NCBI GenBank assembly: GCA_003151625.1
Contig: PLYC01000007.1
Location: 81,181 to 145,180 of the forward strand
DNA length: 64,000 nt
Source of the DNA: Candidatus Doudnabacteria bacterium
GTDB lineage: Bacteria; Patescibacteriota; Doudnabacteria; UBA920
Reading direction: 5' to 3'
Every line of letters starts with the position of its first letter. Within the stretch, counting starts at the first letter, position 1. Made by a program: the position numbers and the translations under genes. Of the stretch, positions 57,463 through 64,000 are shown piece after piece. The notes under the pieces are model-generated. The model searched no databases. It had not been told where the DNA came from and worked only from the letters and a program-made list of their open reading frames with translations.

Positions 57463-57506
57463 TGCAGTTTCCCCTCCCTTGACGGGAGGGGCTAGGGGAG
57501 GGTGAT
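57463..57506. repeat. Family A palindromic repeat
   Basis: One mismatch relative to the 8825-8868 copy. Confidence 0.85.
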
Positions 57507-57591
57507 TAAATTTAATTAAGCCTTATTCGTTATCCGCCTTCGCTAAAGCTACGGCGGATTGTTGCACTATTATTTTTTAATTAATGTGCAA

Positions 57592-57751
57592 CAAAAAACC
57601 CCGAGCCGCTAGGCTCGGGGTTTAAAAGTTTTAGATTAAACCAAAACTCTTCCCTTGCCTAGTGGCGACGGAATAATAATGCTAATAATTATGCTGGAAG
57701 AGTAGATTTTTTGCATTTGAGGTATTATAGCAAAGCAAAATTTTTTGTCAA
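57592..57751 (-). promoter_or_regulatory. Ile-sensing transcription attenuator with sigma70 promoter
   Basis: TTGACA (57746-51)/TGcTATAAT; leader peptide; antiterminator GCCACTAGGC:GCCTAGCGGC; terminator CCCCGAGCC-TAGC-GGCTCGGGG-T7. Confidence 0.8.
57636..57716 (-). CDS. Ile-rich leader peptide MQKIYSSSIIISIIIPSPLGKGRVLV
   Basis: 26 aa; six Ile in seven consecutive codons. Confidence 0.8.
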   Translation of the reverse strand: MQKIYSSSIIISIIIPSPLGKGRVLV

Positions 57752-57929
57752 ATTTTGTTAAATTAAAAAGAAGCAGCCCACTTGCTTCTATTTTTCACCG
57801 TAGAGGCAAACTTTGTGGGCTGCTGGCGTTTCAAAGGCACCACCTCCTTAATGATGGTTTGGCCGCAAGCTGTTAAGCTATGGCTGTTAAGTTTGCGCGT
57901 TAAGGATCATCTTCTGTTAATTGTGATCC

Positions 57930-58154
57930 TTAGGCATTTATACCGAATTTTGTTGGTTCGGTGTGGTTGCCCGGTAAACACAGGGCAATCCTTCCCCATT
58001 TCCTTGTTAGGCAGATTGTATGTCTGCCGTAAGGTTGGTGTGCAAAGTCGCACCGGATGAGCTCGGTTAGTTCATCCGAGCAGATTACTAACACCACAAC
58101 ACCTTGGGCTTGCAATGCGACAAGAAGTTCATCGCACTCCTTGCTTTGGTTCAT
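57930..58154 (-). CDS. Small Cys-rich hypothetical protein
   Basis: 74 aa; SD GGAGGT; downstream of the second attenuator. Confidence 0.5.
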   Translation of the reverse strand: MNQSKECDELLVALQAQGVVVLVICSDELTELIRCDFAHQPYGRHTICLTRKWGRIALCLPGNHTEPTKFGINA

Positions 58155-58211
58155 TATCTGCCACCTCCAAGTAATTTAGAATTCATTCCAAACTACTTGC
58201 AAATAACAAAC

Positions 58212-58388
58212 AAAAAACCTCCCCGGTCGGGAGGCAAGTAAGATTATTTTTGTAAACTTCTATAATCTTATTCTCCTAACCGAAAAGACGGACATCTTAG
58301 TAGTCTTAATCATGCTTGTCTTTACGGTTTTGGAGGAAGAATTGGAATTCATTACAGGAATAGTATACGCTGGCCGGCTTTTTGTCAA
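58212..58388 (-). promoter_or_regulatory. Lys/Thr/Met/Ile-sensing attenuator with sigma70 promoter
   Basis: TTGACA-17-TACTAT; leader; CGGTTAGGAG-AATAAGATTAT can pair with ATAATCTTAC..CTCCCGACCG; terminator CCTCCC-GACCG-GGGAGG-T6. Confidence 0.7.
58260..58352 (-). CDS. Leader peptide MNSNSSSKTVKTSMIKTTKMSVFSVRRIRL
   Basis: 30 aa; core KTVKTSMIKTTKM has 11 of 13 aspartate-family residues. Confidence 0.7.
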   Translation of the reverse strand: MNSNSSSKTVKTSMIKTTKMSVFSVRRIRL

Positions 58389-58445
58389 TCAATAAAAATT
58401 GGTGTAGAATAACTTTACACAATTAAGGTATAGTATACATTATTT

Positions 58446-58982
58446 ATGGCAGAAGAACGCAAGCATTTTAGGCCTTCCTGGGATGATTATTTTATGGCTA
58501 TGGTTAAAATAGTGGCCTCTCGGGGCACTTGCGCCCGCCTTTATGCCGGGTCGGTTTTGGTAAAGGATAACCGAATTATTGCAACGGGTTACAACGGGTC
58601 ACCCCCGGGTTTGCCACATTGTGATGACGTAGGGCATCTGTTAGAAGAAGGTCATTGTGTGCGCACCATTCACGGCGAACATAATTCTCTCCTGCAGGCC
58701 GCCAAGCAGGGAGGTGCCAGTACCGACGGTTCAACCATGTATACAAAATACAGCCCTTGCATTCACTGCGCGAAATATGTTATTGCCGCCGGGGTCAAAA
58801 GGGTTGTGTTGGGAAAAGTTTACCGTAATCCGCAGGCTGTGGATATGCTAAAAGAAGCCGGGGTAAACGTTGAGGTTTATGTGGAGAACTCCAAATGGCA
58901 AAAAGAACTTATGCAAATATTTGCAGAGGAAATTCCGGTTAGGGAAAATGAAGGAGAAGTAAAAATTAAGACAGAAAAATAA
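58446..58982 (+). CDS. dCMP deaminase (ComEB-like)
   Basis: RPSWDDYFM, TGYNGSP, HGEHN, SPCIHC. Confidence 0.92.
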   Translation: MAEERKHFRPSWDDYFMAMVKIVASRGTCARLYAGSVLVKDNRIIATGYNGSPPGLPHCDDVGHLLEEGHCVRTIHGEHNSLLQAAKQGGASTDGSTMYTKYSPCIHCAKYVIAAGVKRVVLGKVYRNPQAVDMLKEAGVNVEVYVENSKWQKELMQIFAEEIPVRENEGEVKIKTEK

Positions 58983-58985
58983 AGA

Positions 58986-59537
58986 ATGAATAAATTTGTT
59001 ATTGCGATTGTCGGTCTGGCCGGTGCCGGAAAAACCGAAGCTACTGAGTATATTAAAAAAAAGACATCTCTGCCAAAAATATATTTTGGCCAAGCAATAA
59101 TTGATGAAGTCAAAAGGCGGGGAAAGCCGCTCGGCGAAGCCAACGAAAGAATTGTGCGGGAAGAGTTTAGGGATCGTGATAGTTTGGCCGCAATGGCCAT
59201 TGCCAATTTGCCGGCCATAAAAAAAGCTTTTGAAACTTCATCAGTTATTATAGAAAGCTTGTACAGCTGGGAAGAGTTTTTAAAGGTAAGGGAAGAATTT
59301 GGGGAAAGTTTTAAAGTTTTGGCAGTTTTTAGTTCTTACGAAACCCGGGTAAAGAGAATGGCAAATCGGCCGGTTCGGCCTTTGACCGCCGCGGATTTGG
59401 AATCACGCGACAAATCGCAAATAGAAAACTTGCACCAGGCGGGGCCAATTGCTCGCGCTGATTGGACAATTGTAAATGAGGGGAGCAAGGAAGAGTTATA
59501 TGCGGCTATTGATGTAATTTTGAGCAAGTTGCTTTAA
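58986..59537 (+). CDS. P-loop nucleotide kinase (UPF0200/dNMP kinase-like)
   Basis: GLAGAGKT, R..RMANR..R, RD..QIE, ADWTIVNEGS. Confidence 0.75.
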   Translation: MNKFVIAIVGLAGAGKTEATEYIKKKTSLPKIYFGQAIIDEVKRRGKPLGEANERIVREEFRDRDSLAAMAIANLPAIKKAFETSSVIIESLYSWEEFLKVREEFGESFKVLAVFSSYETRVKRMANRPVRPLTAADLESRDKSQIENLHQAGPIARADWTIVNEGSKEELYAAIDVILSKLL

Positions 59538-59633
59538 AAGATATTGATAGATATTATTGAAATTAGGATATTATCTGAAATTTCATTAATATCTACCAAT
59601 ATCAATAATATCTATAAATATCCATTTGATTAC

Positions 59634-60092
59634 ATGAAAGCCAGGATTAAAAGATTAACCAAAGACATTGAATTACCCAAATACCATACTTCCGAATCCG
59701 CTGGGTTTGATATTGCCTCATCTGTCGATATTACGGTGGCTCCGGGCGCGGTGGTTAAAATACCCACTGGCCTCGTTATAGCGTCTCCAAAGGGGCATTT
59801 TTTGCTTATAGCCGCCCGTAGCAGCCTGTCTTTTAAAAAGGGTTTGGCAATGGCTAACGGTATTGGTATTGTAGACCCGGACTATGCCGGCCCGAACGAC
59901 GAAATCCATATTATTGTCCACAATTTTACAGACCAGCCGGTAGAAGTTAAAAAAGGCGAACGTCTGGCGCAGGGGCTATTTTTAAAAACTGAACAGGCGC
60001 AGTGGGAAGAGGTTGACCAGCTACACAATGTCGACCGCGGGGGGATAGGGAGCACAGGTGGGTATGCGGTAACTGATAACAATAATAATTAA
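59634..60092 (+). CDS. dut: dUTP diphosphatase
   Basis: SAGFDI, ARSS, GIVDPDY.G, GERLAQG, RGGIGSTG; ATG at 59634. Confidence 0.95.
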   Translation: MKARIKRLTKDIELPKYHTSESAGFDIASSVDITVAPGAVVKIPTGLVIASPKGHFLLIAARSSLSFKKGLAMANGIGIVDPDYAGPNDEIHIIVHNFTDQPVEVKKGERLAQGLFLKTEQAQWEEVDQLHNVDRGGIGSTGGYAVTDNNNN

Positions 60093-60141
60093 CAACATCA
60101 TCGTATTAAATAAATAATGTGTGGTATAGGAGAACCATTTT

Positions 60142-60681
60142 ATGATTATAGGGCTTGTCGGAGAAAAACTTGCGGGCAAAGATACGGTGGCCAATTATTT
60201 GGTTGACAAACATAATGCCTCGCATTTCAGGTTTGCTCATATTCTGGATGCAATTTTAGAAGAGCTAAATTTGGAAATTTCCAGAAAAAATGAGATAGAT
60301 TTAGGCCTTGGCCTGCGAAAAATTTTTGGCGAACACGTTTTGGTAAACGCGCTGGAGCAAAGAGTTAGGCGGTCTCTGTCCAGTTACCGCGTGGTCAACG
60401 GCATTCGTATGGACGAACTTGATGAAGTAAAATCCTGGGGGGCAAAAATTATTTATATTACGGCTCCATTGGAAATAAGGTTTCCCAGATACCAGCAGCG
60501 GCACGAAAAAATCGATGATGGGGAAATGGATTTGGAACATTTTAAACTCCAGGAGCAGGAAGGTCCGACAGAAATGAAAATTCCGGAATTGGGTCAAACC
60601 GCGGATTTCCGGATAGACAACATTGGAACTATAGAGGAGTTGTATGGGAAAGTGGATGGCATTCTAAAAAAATTAAAATAA
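60142..60681 (+). CDS. P-loop deoxynucleotide monophosphate kinase-like protein
   Basis: IIGLVGEKLAGKDT, VNGIR, ADFRIDNIGT. Confidence 0.75.
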   Translation: MIIGLVGEKLAGKDTVANYLVDKHNASHFRFAHILDAILEELNLEISRKNEIDLGLGLRKIFGEHVLVNALEQRVRRSLSSYRVVNGIRMDELDEVKSWGAKIIYITAPLEIRFPRYQQRHEKIDDGEMDLEHFKLQEQEGPTEMKIPELGQTADFRIDNIGTIEELYGKVDGILKKLK

Positions 60682-60717
60682 TTTTGGTATTCTAAAGTGT
60701 GTCCGTCCTCGTGACTT

Positions 60718-60810
60718 CGGCGTCTTTCTGAACCCGAATGCATCTGAGGGTGAAGAATCTCTAAATTTTAATGAGATCCTTCGTCGGCTGCACTCCTCAG
60801 GATGACGCCG
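60718..60810. repeat. Family C REP-like doublet
   Basis: Homologous to 19909-20004. Confidence 0.8.
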
Positions 60811-60823
60811 TAAGTGATTTCTT

Positions 60824-61558
60824 ATGCCATTACTTAAATTCGGAAAATCTAAAAAAAAGGAAAACAAGCGTGGGCGGTTTATTGTTATTGACGGCACCGA
60901 TGGCACCGGCAAGGCAACCCAGACTAATCTTTTAGTAGAAGAATTAAAATTGGGCGGTTACGACGTGGAGATGACAGATTTTCCCCAATATGGGACTAAA
61001 TCTGCTGGCTTGATAGAGGAGTATTTAAACGGCAAGTATGGCCAGGTGGGGCCGGAGGCGGCATCTATTTTTTACGCTATAGACAGGTTTGATGCCAGTT
61101 TTATAATTAAAGGATGGCTGGACGCCGGCAAAATTGTAATTTCAAACCGATACGTTACAGCAAATGCCGGGCATCAGGGCGGGAAAATCGCCGATGATAT
61201 AGACCGATTGAAGTTTTTTAAATGGCTGAATAATCTTGAATACAATATTTTTAACATTCCCAAACCAGACCTAAATATTATTTTACACATTCCCGCGGAA
61301 TTAGCCCAACAGTTGGTGGATAAAAAATCCGCGGCCGAAAGGAAGTACGCCAACGGTAAAAAACGCGATTTGCATGAGGCTGACCTTAAACATTTGCAAG
61401 ACGCGGAAAAGGTATATAAAGAAATTGCCAGGCTTTTCCCCAATACCAAACTGGTGGAGTGCGTTACTGAAAATAAACTCCTGACGCCGCAGGAAGTCCA
61501 TAATAAAGTTTGGGACTTGGTGAGAAGAATTGCTCTTAAAGATATTAAACCGCAATAA
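60824..61558 (+). CDS. tmk: Thymidylate kinase
   Basis: IDGTDGTGKATQ, DFPQY, YAIDR, NRY, PKPDL. Confidence 0.9.
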   Translation: MPLLKFGKSKKKENKRGRFIVIDGTDGTGKATQTNLLVEELKLGGYDVEMTDFPQYGTKSAGLIEEYLNGKYGQVGPEAASIFYAIDRFDASFIIKGWLDAGKIVISNRYVTANAGHQGGKIADDIDRLKFFKWLNNLEYNIFNIPKPDLNIILHIPAELAQQLVDKKSAAERKYANGKKRDLHEADLKHLQDAEKVYKEIARLFPNTKLVECVTENKLLTPQEVHNKVWDLVRRIALKDIKPQ

Positions 61559-61561
61559 TTT

Positions 61562-62374
61562 ATGAAAGTATACTTGGATCTTTTAGAAAAAATTATGAAA
61601 GACGGTGCGCAGAAGCACGACCGGACGGGGACGGGGACGAAATCGATATTTGGGTATCAGATGCGTTTTAACCTTGTCGAAGGCTTTCCGCTGACGACAA
61701 CCAAGAAGATTCATTTAAAATCAATTATTTACGAATTGCTTTGGTTTTTAAAAGGCGACATCAATGTTAAATGGCTAAACGAGCATGGGGTGACCATTTG
61801 GGACGAATGGGCGGACGCTAATGGGGATTTGGGGCCGGTTTACGGAAAGCAGTGGCGGGCATGGAAAGGATATAATGGCGAAACTTATGACCAAATTTCT
61901 TATGTCGTTGACCAGATAAAAAATAATCCCGATAACCGCAGGATGATAGTTAGCGGCTGGAACGTCGCGGATTTACAATCGCTAATTGCCGGTAAAAAAA
62001 CCGCGCCGCCTCCGTGCCACACAATGTTCCAGTTTTATGTGGCCAACAATAAATTATCATGCCAGCTTTATCAGAGATCGGCCGACACTTTTTTGGGTGT
62101 GCCCTTTAATATTGCCTCTTACGCTTTGCTGACAATGATGATGGCGCAGGTTACCGGCAGGGAACTAGGGGATTTTGTGCACACTTTTGGCGACGTGCAT
62201 ATTTATAACAACCATTTTGATCAGGTTAAACTTCAATTATCGCGAACTCCCAAACCGCTGTCCAAAATGAAAATTAATCCGGAAGTAAAAAATATTTTTG
62301 ATTTTAAATACGAAGATTTTACTTTGGAAGGCTATAATCCGGATCCGGGGATTAAAGCCCCGATAGCAGTGTGA
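61562..62374 (+). CDS. thyA: Thymidylate synthase
   Basis: [34 protein letters not shown]. Confidence 0.98.
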   Translation: MKVYLDLLEKIMKDGAQKHDRTGTGTKSIFGYQMRFNLVEGFPLTTTKKIHLKSIIYELLWFLKGDINVKWLNEHGVTIWDEWADANGDLGPVYGKQWRAWKGYNGETYDQISYVVDQIKNNPDNRRMIVSGWNVADLQSLIAGKKTAPPPCHTMFQFYVANNKLSCQLYQRSADTFLGVPFNIASYALLTMMMAQVTGRELGDFVHTFGDVHIYNNHFDQVKLQLSRTPKPLSKMKINPEVKNIFDFKYEDFTLEGYNPDPGIKAPIAV

Positions 62375-62466
62375 TACAAATATACTGATGCATGCGGATA
62401 CCTCTGCCCCAATCTGTATTATCAGTATCATCCGTATTTTAATTCGTATATCAGTATCTTATAACC

Positions 62467-62937
62467 ATGATTGCACTTATTGCCGCGGTGGCCAAAAATA
62501 ATGTAATTGGGAGCAAGAACGATTTGCCCTGGTATTTGCCCGAGGACTTAAAACGTTTTAAACAGCTGACTTTGGGTAAAGTGGTGGTTATGGGCAGAAA
62601 AACTTACGACTCGATCATCAGTCGTTTAAAAAAGCCTTTGCGTGGCCGCACTAACATTGTCATCAGCACCCAAAATTTACAATTGCCGGAAGGAGTGGAA
62701 CTTTATCATAGCGTGGATGACGCACTTGCCGCTCATCAGAACCAGGAAATTTACATAATCGGCGGCGAACAAATTTTTAAGCAAAGCCTGAATGTGGCCG
62801 ACACGTTATATATTACCCACTTAAATAAAGACTATGAAGGCGACGCTTTTTTTCCGAAGATAGATGAAAGTTATTGGCAAATGACAGAAGACGAAAAACA
62901 CGAGGGTTATAGCTTTTTAATTTATAAGAAAAAATAG
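62467..62937 (+). CDS. folA: Dihydrofolate reductase
   Basis: IG..NDLPW.LPEDL, MGRKT, IIGG, GDAFFP. Confidence 0.96.
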   Translation: MIALIAAVAKNNVIGSKNDLPWYLPEDLKRFKQLTLGKVVVMGRKTYDSIISRLKKPLRGRTNIVISTQNLQLPEGVELYHSVDDALAAHQNQEIYIIGGEQIFKQSLNVADTLYITHLNKDYEGDAFFPKIDESYWQMTEDEKHEGYSFLIYKKK

Positions 62938-63014
62938 TTTTTTGAGTTATTTAAGCTCCTGGATTTCCGGGGGCTTTTTTGGTATAATTTTTAAGCTCTG
63001 GCTCTTCGCGTGTT

Positions 63015-63419
63015 ATGGCTAAAAGCGCGAAGAAGCTTATTTTGTTTGAAGTCAGCCACAGTATTGACGAATCTCTTAAGAGTATTGCAATTATTCAGGG
63101 GCGGTCTGTCTCGGTAGTTATTGCGATCTTGGCAGAGTACGTACTTGATGCTGTGGCAAAAGAGCCGCGCGTGCTAATTCGCTTCCGGGAGTATCGAGGC
63201 GAAAAACCGACATGCTTTGAGGACGTCGGGCTCACAGGAAAGCATTTTAGGCTTTCCATGCAATTAGCTAGCGCCTGCGGATTAACCGTTTCAGAGTTTT
63301 TTTGCCGCCTGTTGGCGGTTGGGATAGAGTTTTGTCCCAAGAGTGGGTCGTGGAATAAGGAGGAAATAATCAGCGCCATTCGCGCTGATTGTGTAATTCG
63401 CTTTTCGCGTCTTGCTTAA
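63015..63419 (+). CDS. Hypothetical protein (possible tandem RHH)
   Basis: 134 aa, between two terminator-like hairpins. Confidence 0.45.
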   Translation: MAKSAKKLILFEVSHSIDESLKSIAIIQGRSVSVVIAILAEYVLDAVAKEPRVLIRFREYRGEKPTCFEDVGLTGKHFRLSMQLASACGLTVSEFFCRLLAVGIEFCPKSGSWNKEEIISAIRADCVIRFSRLA

Positions 63420-63489
63420 GCCTTCTCTTGTGTTATGGAGGGGCTTTTTTTTGTTGGACGAGTAAGCAAATTTTTGGCATAATGAAGAC

Positions 63490-64000
63490 ATGAATGATCT
63501 TATTAAGCGTCTCGAAAATCTTAAATCCGAAATCTTAAATCTTAAATCTCATTTAAATCTGCCGCAGAAGGAGCAGAAGATTTTGGAATTGGAGGAGCAG
63601 ATGCAGGGGAAGGATTTTTGGGCGGATAATGAGAATGCGCAAAGGGTTAGCCGGGATTATAATCAGCTTAAGAAGTTTTACGATTTTTGGTTGAAACTAG
63701 AAGTGAATATAAGCGAAACTTTGGATTTGGCGAAGGAGAGTGACGCGAAAAAAAACGCTGACGTAGATTATCTTAAGGTTCAAATTGAAAGCTTGGAATT
63801 AGAATATAAGAAAAACCGTTTTGTGGCCTTACTCTCCAAAAAGTACGATGACCATAGTGCGATCTTTTCCATTCACAGCGGTGCCGGGGGAGTGGACGCG
63901 CAGGATTGGGCAAGTATGATATTAAGAATGATATTAAGATATTGTGATATTAAAGGATTTGTTACGGAAGTTTTAGAAATGTCTAAAGGCGAACAGGGCG
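63490..64000 (+). CDS. prfB: Peptide chain release factor 2, 5' part (truncated by the window edge)
   Basis: Manual translation: MNDLIKRLENLK..DFWADNENAQ..SIHSGAGGVDAQDWASMILRM. Confidence 0.9.
   Translation, partial: MNDLIKRLENLKSEILNLKSHLNLPQKEQKILELEEQMQGKDFWADNENAQRVSRDYNQLKKFYDFWLKLEVNISETLDLAKESDAKKNADVDYLKVQIESLELEYKKNRFVALLSKKYDDHSAIFSIHSGAGGVDAQDWASMILRMILRYCDIKGFVTEVLEMSKGEQG

Overview
This is a core-genome window of a low-GC Patescibacteria (CPR) bacterium. It resembles Parcubacteria/Doudnabacteria (inference from gene content) and uses the standard code, with TGA as a stop. Housekeeping genes include radA, recG, comF, clpC, recX, htpX/lemA, secA, gatCAB, miaA, holB, frr, rseP, proS, mreBCD-mrdA, folD, secE-nusG-rplK-rplA, a seven-gene dTTP cluster and the 5' part of prfB. 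It also holds a VirB4-like ATPase, two type II TA pairs, an ECF sigma/anti-sigma pair, a split PEP-synthase/rifampin-phosphotransferase-like system and three tRNAs. The unusual signals are mostly outside the ORF track. (1) An intact tRNA-Arg(CCG) sits inside a palindromic element that is itself inserted in the T-loop of a decayed tRNA. (2) Two complete ribosome-dependent attenuators (an Ile-rich leader and a Lys/Thr/Met/Ile-rich leader) precede only tiny orphan ORFs. (3) A GxxExxY nuclease gene is bracketed by inverted arrays of ~12-bp units, with an empty copy and a solo arm elsewhere, and many intergenic gaps hold similar inverted micro-repeat arrays. (4) Several palindromic repeat families are inserted in frame into conserved genes (recG, the PEP-synthase N-domain gene, clpC, gatB and others), sometimes nested in one another. 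All calls come from reading the sequence; no database search or folding program was run.
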